From positions 33,315 through 97,314 of the forward strand of contig JAJDCJ010000012.1 in NCBI GenBank assembly GCA_029260935.1: a stretch of 64,000 nt of DNA, read 5' to 3'. Below, piece by piece: positions 27,677 to 39,736 of the stretch (position 1 is its first letter; each line of letters starts with the position of its first letter). This DNA is from Patescibacteria group bacterium (GTDB lineage: Bacteria; Patescibacteriota; Minisyncoccia; Phycocordibacterales; Phycocordibacteraceae). The notes beneath the pieces were generated by a model. It made no database searches, had not been told where the DNA came from, and saw only the letters and a program-made list of their open reading frames with translations. The position numbers and the translations under genes were made by a program.

Positions 27677-27970
27677 TTATCCAAGAATTTTTTTAACCGT
27701 TACAAAACGACCGTCGCGAGATGGCGCTTGCGCAAGTAACTCATCGGTAAAAGCGTCTGCCTCATAAGGATCTTCGTCTTCCCGAAAGACATTCACAACG
27801 TCCAGGTGCGGTGACTGATTGTCAGAATCGCTCAACTCAATTTTCTGTACCACATCAACGTAGGCGAGAATATTCTCAATATCCTCCTGCATTTTCTCAA
27901 GCTCAGTTTCAGTAAGCTCAATCCGAGAAAGTTCCGCGAGTTTTTTTACGTGATCTTTAGAAACGGCCAT
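27677..27970 (-). CDS. gatC: Asp/Glu-tRNA amidotransferase subunit C
   Basis: KKLAELSRI, NVFRED and VKKIL; adjacent to gatA. Confidence 0.9.
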   Translation of the reverse strand: MAVSKDHVKKLAELSRIELTETELEKMQEDIENILAYVDVVQKIELSDSDNQSPHLDVVNVFREDEDPYEADAFTDELLAQAPSRDGRFVTVKKILG

Positions 27971-28005
27971 ATAGAAGGCATCATAGCAAGATTAGACGAT
28001 TGGTT

Positions 28006-30054
<2,049 letters not shown>

Positions 30055-30089
30055 TCAAAGTCAAACATCACCGAGCCCCGAGGGAACTC

Positions 30090-30674
30090 TTAAAACTGTA
30101 CACGAATGGCACGCTCAATACGGCGGGGGTTTGTGGTAACACATGTATTATGACCTGAGGAAACTACAGTGGTGCGTGTTGGATTTTCAGTTCTCTTCAC
30201 TTCAACATTTGAACACGCCTCTGATATAGCGTTCCCGAGTGAAAAAGAGAACGTAGTGGTATACGTTTGTGAAACCGGTTCAAATACACGAGTCAAAGGA
30301 ACAGTACTGCTTGGTAAGTCTCCGGTGCCACACGCTATTTCGGTTAACGGTGATGAGGTAGAGAAAGCATCTTGTTTACTATCCCAATAAAGGGCGCACT
30401 CTATTCCTGAGTCGGCTGCATAAAATGCAAACTGCGACTCCCTTCCTGATGAGGAAAGAATGACGTCTTTCACCGCGATATTAAAAATTGCGAAGCCAAG
30501 CGCCAGCAGTACGCTGGAAATCAAAACCGAGAGTAATAATGTGAACCCACGCAGTGGTTTTGTAGTGTGAGCGCTCAGTAGTAATGAGCGGTCAGTTTTT
30601 TCCTGACTGCTGAGCGCTGGATACTGATTGCTCATTGCTGATTGCTCATTGCTGATTGTTAGTTTTTTTATCAT
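30090..30674 (-). CDS. PilX-like minor pilin
   Basis: RGFTLLLSV (no Glu5) and AFYAADSGIECA; ATGA-coupled start. Confidence 0.8.
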   Translation of the reverse strand: MIKKLTISNEQSAMSNQYPALSSQEKTDRSLLLSAHTTKPLRGFTLLLSVLISSVLLALGFAIFNIAVKDVILSSSGRESQFAFYAADSGIECALYWDSKQDAFSTSSPLTEIACGTGDLPSSTVPLTRVFEPVSQTYTTTFSFSLGNAISEACSNVEVKRTENPTRTTVVSSGHNTCVTTNPRRIERAIRVQF

Positions 30675-31270
30675 AGCCAATCAAAAAGTTGTTCTCTTAC
30701 TTCAAACGAGCGCTCTAGACGTCCACTTTGCCAAGAGACCGTAACGCTCACCGTCACTTCGTCAGGGTTCAATGTAGACGGATCAACACGAAGGGTACGG
30801 GTATATATACTTGGAATGCCGGCAACTAAATTAAAAAACCCTGTAGTTTCTCCTATTAAGACAGTTGGACATTGTCCCGAACATGATTGATGAGAGAAGT
30901 TTGGAAAATCAATAGCACAATCCAAGCCAACACACTCTGAAAGTCCATTGAGCCACCCACTTCCTACAAGATAATTTTGATCACGGACTGCACGCACATA
31001 CTCCACTGCTTCTTGCGCAAGATAAAATGCTGTAATTTGATCGCGTGCATAGAACGCAGACTGAAGTGATTGCGATGCAATTGAAAGTGGGCCTGCAAGT
31101 GAGACAAGAAGCACTGAAATTGCAACGAGAGTTTCAATCAACGTAAAACCACCTCGCAACTTCACACGATGAATAGTGAACAGCGAGCGGTCAGTTTTCT
31201 GCTGATTGCTGAGCGCTGATTGCTCATTGCTGTTTACTGTTTGCTGGATGCTGGATGCTATTTTCATCAT
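30671..31270 (-). CDS. type IV minor pilin (PilV-like)
   Basis: GGFTLIETLVAI prepilin motif. Confidence 0.85.
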   Translation of the reverse strand: MMKIASSIQQTVNSNEQSALSNQQKTDRSLFTIHRVKLRGGFTLIETLVAISVLLVSLAGPLSIASQSLQSAFYARDQITAFYLAQEAVEYVRAVRDQNYLVGSGWLNGLSECVGLDCAIDFPNFSHQSCSGQCPTVLIGETTGFFNLVAGIPSIYTRTLRVDPSTLNPDEVTVSVTVSWQSGRLERSFEVREQLFDWL

Positions 31271-31929
31271 ATATCAATTATACGTTGCGTAACGGATGCC
31301 TGAACAGAGAAATTTGTAGTTCCTCCAGGAACAGGGGCCGACCCTTGTATTTTCATTAACACGCGCGGTTGAATAGAATCGCCTTTCACTGCACCCACCA
31401 CAAAAAACTCAAAAGAATCAATAGAGACTTCGGGTGCCGTGAGTGCAACCCACGAACCGTTAATGCCTGCCTGTACGGAGCGCTCAAGTTGTGTACCGTT
31501 AATGCGATAAACGATCTGATCATTGACGTCTGCAGTCTCTCCATTTGCCGCTTCAAAGGCAAATAACTGTCCACCACCAACCGGACAGTCCTGTGGGGTG
31601 CTGAGCTGGCCAGGGAAAGGTGCGGCTGATGAGATACGGCAATGATACGTAGTCCCGACGCGAATAGACCGCGACATACCTTCAAGCGCTGCATTCATAT
31701 TATTTACCACTGAGTTGATGGCCTGCGCCCGGCGGTTTGCGTCAATAAGTGACAAAAGTGCGCCTACCCCAATAAGCATAACCACTGAGAACAGCGTCAC
31801 CGCAACCATCATTTCAATCAATGTGAAGCCGGCTCTGGGCTTCATGCGGTGAGCAGTGAGCAGTGAGCGATCAGTTTTCTGCTGATTGCTGATTGCTGGA
31901 TGCTGGATGCTGATTGCTGTTTTACTCAT
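31267..31929 (-). CDS. type IV minor pilin (PilW-like)
   Basis: AGFTLIEMMVAV prepilin motif. Confidence 0.85.
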   Translation of the reverse strand: MSKTAISIQHPAISNQQKTDRSLLTAHRMKPRAGFTLIEMMVAVTLFSVVMLIGVGALLSLIDANRRAQAINSVVNNMNAALEGMSRSIRVGTTYHCRISSAAPFPGQLSTPQDCPVGGGQLFAFEAANGETADVNDQIVYRINGTQLERSVQAGINGSWVALTAPEVSIDSFEFFVVGAVKGDSIQPRVLMKIQGSAPVPGGTTNFSVQASVTQRIIDI

Positions 31930-32501
31930 AGGTTTTGTACGGAAATCTGCCCTGTTGAAGCAATGTTAATAGTGCGTGTTTCTCCTCCCTGGGAAGCAAC
32001 AGTGATAATGCCACGCGAGTAAATACCTGGTTCATTTGAACTTATAAGAGCATCAGGGTTTGGACGAAGGAACACTACATCAAGGTGACTAATAGGAGTG
32101 CTTGAGTTAGAGCATCGCTCAGTGCCACCTACGGTGACTCCACAGAAGCTCTGTATGGTATGTCCACGACTTAAAGAGAACGTATCTATGACCGCATCAG
32201 TGCCAACATCATATGTTTGGTTTGTATTAGTGTCCACGAAAAAAAGGTATGTACTGTTTGGAAGAAAACGCACCCCATAGCCGACTTGAAAATTATCTGA
32301 GAATTGCCGTACCGAAAGACCAAACACCTGTGCCTCACGAACCGAGAGTGCAATATCGTAGGCGAGCGAACCAAGGAGCACTGAGCTATTAAATTTATTA
32401 TTGTTCGCCAAAACAACCGTTGATATAAATGCAAAAATACTTACCGCAACGATAAGCTCTATAAGAGAAAAACCTCGTGACTGTTTAGTTAAGACATTCA
32501 T
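31926..32501 (-). CDS. type IV minor pilin (FimT/FimU-like)
   Basis: RGFSLIELIVAV prepilin motif. Confidence 0.85.
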   Translation of the reverse strand: MNVLTKQSRGFSLIELIVAVSIFAFISTVVLANNNKFNSSVLLGSLAYDIALSVREAQVFGLSVRQFSDNFQVGYGVRFLPNSTYLFFVDTNTNQTYDVGTDAVIDTFSLSRGHTIQSFCGVTVGGTERCSNSSTPISHLDVVFLRPNPDALISSNEPGIYSRGIITVASQGGETRTINIASTGQISVQNL

Positions 32502-33367
32502 ATGGCGAGCGCCCACTGCGCAATAATAAAAGGAGAAATAGTGGTAAACATGCCGACTAAGGCTGCTATAAACAGAAAGGGCACGAATGCTATTTCACTC
32601 TTCATCTTAAACCAGAAATTGCCTTCTGTTTGAGAAACACCTCGCCTGTGTGGTGATAAAGAAAATACCATTTTTCTAATGAAAAACGCTATCCGCGGTG
32701 CAAGGATAAGAGACACTCCAATAAGTGCCCCTATCCAAAAAGCAATTGTTATCACTTCAATACCGCGCCCCACTCCAAACAACACACCGAGGGCACTTGC
32801 GATATAAATATCCCCCACTCCCATTCCTTTTCCATGGGAAAGAAACACAATTGCAGTAAAAAACCCACCCAACACAAGCGCGCCCAAAAATGCATCAAGA
32901 AGTGGTGTAACACTGTTCATTGAAAAAGCTTCAAACACACGGACCAGAATAACTGAACCCAACACTACCCACGCAAACAAAGACGGCACCAATGTGTGGC
33001 GTATGTCGTACACCACTAATACAAGAAAACTTGACCAAAACACCAGGAGTACAACAAAAGAAAAGAGATGCCATATCGAGATAAAAGGAAACGCACCATA
33101 TGCAACACCAAGGAACAGTAATCCTGTTGCGAGTTCAACTAATGGGTACTGCAAGGAAAGTCGGCTCCCGCAGTAACGACATGTCCCCAAAAGGAAAAAG
33201 TACGAAAGTAGCGGAATGAGTTCATACCACACAAGCGTGTGCTGACATGACTGACACTGCGAGCGGGGTCTTTTTGACTCATAAAATCCAAAGCGAAAAA
33301 TAACAACATTGAGAAAACTCCCTACAATGAGACCTAACAAAAACATGCTTATTAAAAATATATCCAT
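32498..33367 (-). CDS. pilD: prepilin peptidase
   Basis: GSFLNVVIFR, two CxxC, YPLVEL, GMGVGD and FVPFL motifs. Confidence 0.92.
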   Translation of the reverse strand: MDIFLISMFLLGLIVGSFLNVVIFRFGFYESKRPRSQCQSCQHTLVWYELIPLLSYFFLLGTCRYCGSRLSLQYPLVELATGLLFLGVAYGAFPFISIWHLFSFVVLLVFWSSFLVLVVYDIRHTLVPSLFAWVVLGSVILVRVFEAFSMNSVTPLLDAFLGALVLGGFFTAIVFLSHGKGMGVGDIYIASALGVLFGVGRGIEVITIAFWIGALIGVSLILAPRIAFFIRKMVFSLSPHRRGVSQTEGNFWFKMKSEIAFVPFLFIAALVGMFTTISPFIIAQWALAI

Positions 33368-33393
33368 AACGGTTTCTCCATTGAGTATGCCAT

Positions 33394-33425
33394 ATAAAAA
33401 AACCGACATGTGTCGGTTTTTTTAT
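33394..33425. terminator. hairpin terminator after pilin gene
   Basis: ataaaaaaaccgaca-tg-tgtcggtttttttat. Confidence 0.7.
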
Positions 33426-33448
33426 TAACTAAAATATCTTTAGTTATA

Positions 33449-33916
33449 CTACGGAGAAATGTCGTAGATTGCATCAGTACTTACACTGGTGAAATCAGCG
33501 GCGCTACCGGTACAAATGTTAAGAGTAGCAGCATCGTCATTGTCAGCACCAAGTGCTTGATGAGTTGTGTTCTCGAGCGTTGCACCAATGTGGTAGCTCG
33601 TACATACTGTAGCTCCAACTGAAGTGCCAATACCTGCATATGAGTAGGTCTCACCAGATAACGGTCCTGTGGGAACAACAGCAAGGAACCCTCCAGTTGA
33701 AAGAGGAGTGAGTGTTGGCGGGTAAGACCCGTTTGAATCAAAGTACAACTCTAGTGCTAACTGAACCTGACGAATATCTGCAATTCGTTTCGCGTCACGT
33801 GATTTCTGACGAGCATCGTTTAGAGACGCAAGCACCACTGACGAAAGAATACCGATGATCGCAATAACGACGAGAAGTTCAATCAACGTAAAGCCTCGCA
33901 TTGAGCGTTTGAACAT
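33449..33916 (-). CDS. type IV pilin, probable major pilin
   Basis: RGFTLIELLVVIAIIGILSSVVLASLNDARQKSRDAKR; has its own terminator. Confidence 0.9.
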   Translation of the reverse strand: MFKRSMRGFTLIELLVVIAIIGILSSVVLASLNDARQKSRDAKRIADIRQVQLALELYFDSNGSYPPTLTPLSTGGFLAVVPTGPLSGETYSYAGIGTSVGATVCTSYHIGATLENTTHQALGADNDDAATLNICTGSAADFTSVSTDAIYDISP

Positions 33917-34030
33917 AAATGTTACTTGTTGTAATCAGTTAATAAAGACCGTTTTCTAAATTCAAGGTCCTCTCCATTGTAACGAGAGTATTTGCCTATC
34001 GCCAAGGGTGATGTGGATAAGAGACGCTCC

Positions 34031-34290
34031 GTAATACGGGTATTTTGGAGAGCGCTCCGGGCCGCGAGATTAAGTCTTACTCTCCAAAATACCCGTATTA
34101 CTTCGCTGAGGTTGAGGAACCGAACGCTTACCCAAGTCTTACGCTCTCAAATACTCATTTTGCTCCGCTAAAGTATAAGAACCAGGGCCGCGAGATTAAG
34201 TCTTACGCTCCAAAATACCCGTATTACTTCGCTGAGGTTGAGGAACCGAACGCTAGGCAAAGTCTAAGTCTGCAACAGTACCGTTTTACT
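34031..34290. repeat. direct and inverted repeat block between pilC and pilin
   Basis: 70-bp direct repeat at 34059-34128 and 34185-34254 (1 mismatch); 21-bp inverted copy at 34031-34051. Confidence 0.9.
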
Positions 34291-34300
34291 GAGCGACCTT

Positions 34301-35503
34301 TTAAATTGCCGAGGAAATATTATAAATAGGAATCAACACTGAAGCCAGAAGCACACCAACCCCTAAACCAAGCGACACAATCATAAGCGGTTCAATCAGG
34401 TCAACGAGAGTATCAACTGCGTTATTCACTTCGCGACTATAGAAACGAGAGAGAGTCTTTAAAATACTACCGAGCTCTCCTGTTTCCTCTCCTACCTTTA
34501 TCATCGCAGTAACTATGCCAGGTATCTCTTCATATTTACTCAACGCTTCTGAAATAGATCCACCACCCTTAACGGCAGTTGATGTTTCGTTCAAGATTTT
34601 TGCGTATACCTCGTTTCCCACAACGGTTGCCGTTATTTCAGTTGCCTGAAGCACTGAGATACCACTGCCAAGCATAGTTGATAGGTTGTCAGAAATTCGT
34701 GAGAGATATAGTTTTTTATATAACGACCCGACATAGGGAATAGAGAGTTGTATCCTATCAAATTGCGCCTTTCCTTTTCCAGTAAGCGCGTACTGAACAA
34801 GAAAATATCCACCGACGACAATTAAAATAAGCAGGAAGACTCCGTAGTTAACGAAAAAAGCAGATAAGCTCACCACAATTTGAGTATAAAAAGGAATCTC
34901 CTGCCCTGAATCAATCAAAATAGTTGAAATGCGAGGAATGACCATCGTCATCATTAAAATCATAACGATAACAAATGTGGAGATAACGAACGCAGGATAA
35001 ATCAAAGCATTCCGTGCTTTTGAAACAATGTCATAGGTTCTGTCCAAGTAGTCAGCAAGGAACAAAAAAGTCTCATCAAGTTTTCCTGACTCCTCACCGG
35101 CGCGCACCATATTGACATAAAACGTAGAAAAGACTTTTGGATGTTTTGAAAGTGACTTGGAAATAGGGCTTCCGGCCTGTAGCTCGTCGGCGACTTCAGT
35201 GAGCACTCTTTGTAACATAGGACCTTCCGACTCTGATGCCAGTAGTCTGAAAATACGAAGCGCTGAAACTTGTGCTTCAAACAATGTCGCAATTTGTCGA
35301 CTGAGAAGCACCACGTCTTTGTTTGACACTGATTCAAACAACGTAATGTTGAGTCCTCCCCTTTTTGTTTGCGTTGGCTCAACGTTCGTTATTGAAAAAC
35401 CTCGGCGCTGTAATGAACTGATGGCAACGTCACGCGACACTGCATCAATAGTGCCTGATTGTTTTGCGCCATTTTCATCAAGTGCTTCGTAGGAAAATAA
35501 CAT
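34301..35503 (-). CDS. pilC: type IV pilus platform protein
   Basis: GspF family: AGEESGKL, ALIYPAF, VGEETGEL and LIEP motifs. Confidence 0.92.
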   Translation of the reverse strand: MLFSYEALDENGAKQSGTIDAVSRDVAISSLQRRGFSITNVEPTQTKRGGLNITLFESVSNKDVVLLSRQIATLFEAQVSALRIFRLLASESEGPMLQRVLTEVADELQAGSPISKSLSKHPKVFSTFYVNMVRAGEESGKLDETFLFLADYLDRTYDIVSKARNALIYPAFVISTFVIVMILMMTMVIPRISTILIDSGQEIPFYTQIVVSLSAFFVNYGVFLLILIVVGGYFLVQYALTGKGKAQFDRIQLSIPYVGSLYKKLYLSRISDNLSTMLGSGISVLQATEITATVVGNEVYAKILNETSTAVKGGGSISEALSKYEEIPGIVTAMIKVGEETGELGSILKTLSRFYSREVNNAVDTLVDLIEPLMIVSLGLGVGVLLASVLIPIYNISSAI

Positions 35504-35506
35504 ACG

Positions 35507-36568
35507 CTAAATAAGACGAGAAAATGATTTTGGATTAAGTGAACGGGATAAGCCCATTTCAGGAGTAATATCACCTTTACGAACCAACTCGGCAAGAGAT
35601 CGGTTCATGTCAATCATACCGCTTTCCATTCCGGTCTCAATAACCGCATTAATTTCGTGCGTCCTTTTTTCACGGATGAGGTTTGCAATCGCTTCATTAT
35701 TTATAAGAAGCTCATACGCGGGAATGAGTCCACCTGAAATGCGCGGTATGAGTCGTTGCGAAAAGATACCCGCAAGAGACGCTGCTAATTGCAGGCGGAT
35801 TTGATCTTGCTGACCCGCTGGAAATGAGTCAATAATACGGTCAATGGTTTGTGCAGCGTTGTTGGTGTGTAGTGTTGAAAGAACCAAATGACCAGTTTCA
35901 GCGGCCGTCACCGCCGCACTCATGGTGTCAGGGCCACGCATCTCACCAACCATAATGACGTCAATGTCTTGCCTGAACGAAGACTTCAAGGCACTATGGA
36001 AACTTTTGGTATCAACGCGCACTTCACGCTGATTGATAATTGACTTCTTTGGGGTAAATAAATACTCAATAGGATCCTCAATAGTGACAATATGTTCAGT
36101 ACGGCTCTGATTAATACGCTCAATCATTGAAGCAAGTGTGGTTGATTTCCCCTGTCCCACCGGGCCTACGACGAGAAAGAACCCTTGCTCAAGATTAGCG
36201 AAAGTATCAAGAATACTGGGAAGATTAAGCTCCTCAAACGATTTAATGACACTCGGGATAGCGCGGAGCGCAATTGATATTGACCCCTTTTCAAAAAATG
36301 CGTTACCGCGAAAACGAGCTTGGTCTTTATACTGGAATGAAAAATCTAATTCCTGTGTATCTACAAAACTCTGCTTCTCCCCTGGAGTTACCAGCACCTC
36401 CAAAAGACCCATGATATCTTCGGCTGAATATTCTTGGCGCTTCACCAAAGGAATAAGAGAGCCCGATACACGGATAATAGGGTGTAGTTTGTCCGTGAGG
36501 TGTAAATCAGAGGCACCTTCTGCGATAACCGTTTCTATAAGAGAGTTTAATTCGTCAGAGTAATTCAT
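35507..36568 (-). CDS. pilT: pilus retraction ATPase
   Basis: GASDLHL, GQGKSTT, TIEDPIE, AAETGHLVLSTLHT and ANLIRE motifs. Confidence 0.92.
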   Translation of the reverse strand: MNYSDELNSLIETVIAEGASDLHLTDKLHPIIRVSGSLIPLVKRQEYSAEDIMGLLEVLVTPGEKQSFVDTQELDFSFQYKDQARFRGNAFFEKGSISIALRAIPSVIKSFEELNLPSILDTFANLEQGFFLVVGPVGQGKSTTLASMIERINQSRTEHIVTIEDPIEYLFTPKKSIINQREVRVDTKSFHSALKSSFRQDIDVIMVGEMRGPDTMSAAVTAAETGHLVLSTLHTNNAAQTIDRIIDSFPAGQQDQIRLQLAASLAGIFSQRLIPRISGGLIPAYELLINNEAIANLIREKRTHEINAVIETGMESGMIDMNRSLAELVRKGDITPEMGLSRSLNPKSFSRLI

Positions 36569-36679
36569 AATTAAAAATTTGTGCCACACAGAACGTGTGC
36601 TACTAATTGTAAGTATACCCTCAAAAACAATCAGCAGTTGACCTCTGTGTGTATTACAAAATACCCGACACTCATTTTA

Positions 36680-37078
36680 TTATTTTTTAGCGGCAAGCTC
36701 AATTGTTTTTTCCAGAACCTCAGAAGGTATGGCACTTGCTTTTATGATGTAGCCAACAGCGCCAAGATCCATTGCTTTTTTTAAGTCCTCATCCTGTCCT
36801 TGGTTTGAAAGCACAATAAGTGTTGTTTTTTTTGCTAACTTTTCTTTTTTAATAGCCTCCATGAAATCAAACCCATCAAGGGTGGGCATAATGATATCCA
36901 AAAGGATAATGTCAGGATTAAAATCTTCGCGAAGTAGGCCAAGTGCTTTTGTAGAATCTGCCTCAGCGGTAATGTTAAAACCACGTTCCCTGAATTTTAG
37001 AGAGTAGATATCAAGAAGAAATCTATCATCATCAACGAGGAGTACGGAACGACCATCTTTTTGTTTTGAATCTGCCAT
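36680..37078 (-). CDS. single-domain response regulator
   Basis: LLVDDD, ILLDIIMP and YIIK motifs. Confidence 0.9.
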   Translation of the reverse strand: MADSKQKDGRSVLLVDDDRFLLDIYSLKFRERGFNITAEADSTKALGLLREDFNPDIILLDIIMPTLDGFDFMEAIKKEKLAKKTTLIVLSNQGQDEDLKKAMDLGAVGYIIKASAIPSEVLEKTIELAAKK

Positions 37079-37091
37079 ACGTCTTTATATA

Positions 37092-38849
37092 TTAGTTTTG
37101 AGGCGCTACATCTATTCCTAGAGTGGTCACCTCTTCAAAGGGGATTGCGCCCTCAAGCATTTTAATAATAGCATCCTCCTTCATGGTCACCATTCCCTGT
37201 TCTCGAGCAACTTTAAATATAGAGTCTTCAACAGGGTTATTTAGAATTTCCCGCTCTAGCTCTTTTGAGGTAGGGAGTAGTTCAAAAACACCAATACGTC
37301 CACGTGTTCCGTTAGGACACTCAGGTGTCGGCTCAATACTATATACTTCTTTCGGAAGAACAATATCTTTTCGCACAACCTGAGGCAACTCTGCGAACTC
37401 TTTATGCACCATTGCCTCTACACTTCCTTCAAAGGGAATCTTTTTTCCAGCGTCAGGACAGCGTTTCCTTACAAGACGCTGTGCCACAGACAAAATAAGT
37501 GTTGGTGCAATCAGGTATGGGTCAACACCCATATCAACAAGACGTGGTACCACGCCAATGGCGTTGTTGGTGTGTAGTGTTGAAAGAACCAAGTGGCCAG
37601 TAAGCGCTGCCTGAATGGCAAGTTGTGCTGTTTCCTTATCGCGAATTTCTCCCACCATAATAATGTCTGGATCCTGACGCAAAATTGAACGGAGACCACT
37701 TGCAAACGTATAGCCAATTTCCGGACGAACCTGAGACTGTGCAACTCCAGGAATGTCATACTCAACTGGATCCTCAAGTGACACGACGTTGACCGAGTCA
37801 CGGTCAAGTTCCTGCAACATGCCGTACAGTGTTGTTGACTTACCACTTCCTGTAGGTCCTGAAATAACCACCAAACCAAATGGGCGTTTTATTGCACGTA
37901 GGATTGTTTCCATATTCCTTTGCGATAACCCTAAACTTTCCAATGTTAGTTTTTCTTGCTCGCGGTCCAAAATACGCATCACTACTTTCTCACCATGCGA
38001 CGTTGGGAATGAAGATACACGAAAATCAATCCGTTTATTATCAATAGTTGCAGAGAATCTGCCGTCTTGTGGTTTTCTCTTTTCATCAAGTTTAAGGGAT
38101 GCGAGCACTTTAATACGCGCTACAACCGCACGCTCAACATTTTTAGGAAGCACGAGTGACTGATGCATAATACCGTCAACACGGAACCTGACCTTGAGTT
38201 CAGTGCGTGTTGGCTCCACATGGATGTCGGATGCTTTGCCGTCAACTGCATAACGCAACATTGTCGCTACAATTTTTGTTACTGGTGCATCTTCTTTAAT
38301 AGGTCCGGGAGCACCACCGGGAATACTTTTTTCAACGGCGTCCACTGCTCCGGCACTGTCCTCTGGTATGTCGTCTGTACTAATGGTTGTCTGCAGTTCA
38401 GTCAATGCCTTCCCCACCTCACCTGAGAGACCTTTGTATGTTGCGATAACTTCGTTAAAATCTTCATCTGAAATAAGAAACAACTTATACGGAATGTTAG
38501 TTCGCGCGGTTATGAAATTAAGCGCCTCAACGGCCTCTAGGTTGTCCGGGTCCGTTGTCCCCACCTCAAGTACGCCATCAATAATACTGATCGGCACAAA
38601 ATGGTAGTGACGCGCAGACTCTTCAGGAATATATTTTAAAACCTCATACGCTACCTTTTGCCCTTCAAGGCTTTTAGTAGGTGTTTGAAAGTACTCACCC
38701 CTTGCATTTAAAATATCTTCAGATGAAACACCGCGGTCAAGAAGTGCCTGCTCAAGTGTGACAGAACCGCCACTGGTGTGCTCTTTAATTGAAGCAACGG
38801 CGCTCTCGTCAATGAGGTTTTTGTCTTTTAATAAACTAAGTACGTCCAT
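37092..38849 (-). CDS. pilB: pilus assembly ATPase (GspE/PilB)
   Basis: ASDIHVEP, PQDGR, GPTGSGKST and LRQDPDIIMVGEIRD motifs. Confidence 0.93.
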   Translation of the reverse strand: MDVLSLLKDKNLIDESAVASIKEHTSGGSVTLEQALLDRGVSSEDILNARGEYFQTPTKSLEGQKVAYEVLKYIPEESARHYHFVPISIIDGVLEVGTTDPDNLEAVEALNFITARTNIPYKLFLISDEDFNEVIATYKGLSGEVGKALTELQTTISTDDIPEDSAGAVDAVEKSIPGGAPGPIKEDAPVTKIVATMLRYAVDGKASDIHVEPTRTELKVRFRVDGIMHQSLVLPKNVERAVVARIKVLASLKLDEKRKPQDGRFSATIDNKRIDFRVSSFPTSHGEKVVMRILDREQEKLTLESLGLSQRNMETILRAIKRPFGLVVISGPTGSGKSTTLYGMLQELDRDSVNVVSLEDPVEYDIPGVAQSQVRPEIGYTFASGLRSILRQDPDIIMVGEIRDKETAQLAIQAALTGHLVLSTLHTNNAIGVVPRLVDMGVDPYLIAPTLILSVAQRLVRKRCPDAGKKIPFEGSVEAMVHKEFAELPQVVRKDIVLPKEVYSIEPTPECPNGTRGRIGVFELLPTSKELEREILNNPVEDSIFKVAREQGMVTMKEDAIIKMLEGAIPFEEVTTLGIDVAPQN

Positions 38850-38885
38850 GGTTTTTATGAGCTGTTGGCTCAGTTTTGAGTATTC

Positions 38886-39194
38886 CTACTGGCCAATAGG
38901 TGCAAAGGGGTTTTCTCGTCCTACTGGTTCTGCAACAATTTGCTGACTGAAGTCCTCTAAGCTTCTGAAACGCGCGTCGTCAAACACATCAGTATCAAGA
39001 GTTATTGAGCGAAGCTCAAGAAGAAGCCCAATTAATTCCTGCTCTACTGCCGACTGACCTGCACGTACCGTTCTTTCTACAGTGAGTGGATTTGAACGGT
39101 CAGGAGTGAAGAAAATTCCATATACTACAAACGCTACAAGTACCACTGCGACAACTATAAGACTATTTTTATATCGTTTAATAATGTTTATCAT
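38886..39194 (-). CDS. pilus operon membrane protein (PilP position)
   Basis: N-terminal TM, C-terminal GRENPF. Confidence 0.7.
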   Translation of the reverse strand: MINIIKRYKNSLIVVAVVLVAFVVYGIFFTPDRSNPLTVERTVRAGQSAVEQELIGLLLELRSITLDTDVFDDARFRSLEDFSQQIVAEPVGRENPFAPIGQ

Positions 39195-39736
39195 GGTTTT
39201 AGCCAATACGTTTTAAGGGCAATTGAGTAATCGTAAATACCGCTTTGGTTTGAAGTGAATGAAACTGACATAACGTCAACGAGACGCAGACTTCGCTCCA
39301 GGTCAGTAAGAAATGAAAGGAACGAAGCATACGAACCACTAACACTAAAAGAAACAATAAGTGAGTCGTATTTATTTTCATCCGATATTCCAACTTGACC
39401 ACGTTGAGTGCGCGACTCATCTTTTAGAAGCGCTACATTTCTGATACGCATTCCATACCGTGAGGCAGTAGAGTCAAGGTCTAAAATAAGACGGACGTTA
39501 TCTACATTGTCTGGTATTAACTTTTCTAACCGGTCAACATCACCCTGTGGAAATGTGTTGTACTTGCTCAACAGCTGGTCACGCACCTGCTGTAATTCTT
39601 TTGAACGGTTAAGTGCTTCATCAAATTTTGCTTGTTCTGCACGCAGTTCTTTTACTTGTGCGAGCGTTGGGTCAATAAAGCCAAGGAAGATACCGCCGGC
39701 AATGAGAATAAAAAGGATAGGGAGTAGAATTCTCAT
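39191..39736 (-). CDS. pilO: type IV pilus PilO-like protein
   Basis: TM plus coiled coil; GSYASFLSFLTDLERSLRL. Confidence 0.8.
   Translation of the reverse strand: MRILLPILFILIAGGIFLGFIDPTLAQVKELRAEQAKFDEALNRSKELQQVRDQLLSKYNTFPQGDVDRLEKLIPDNVDNVRLILDLDSTASRYGMRIRNVALLKDESRTQRGQVGISDENKYDSLIVSFSVSGSYASFLSFLTDLERSLRLVDVMSVSFTSNQSGIYDYSIALKTYWLKP

Noticed and set aside
34045-34329. 94-aa ORF with an internal repeat; also a possible mini-CRISPR
   Set aside because: The ORF is a by-product of the DNA repeat; spacers 1 and 3 are near-identical, repeats are degenerate and no cas genes are present
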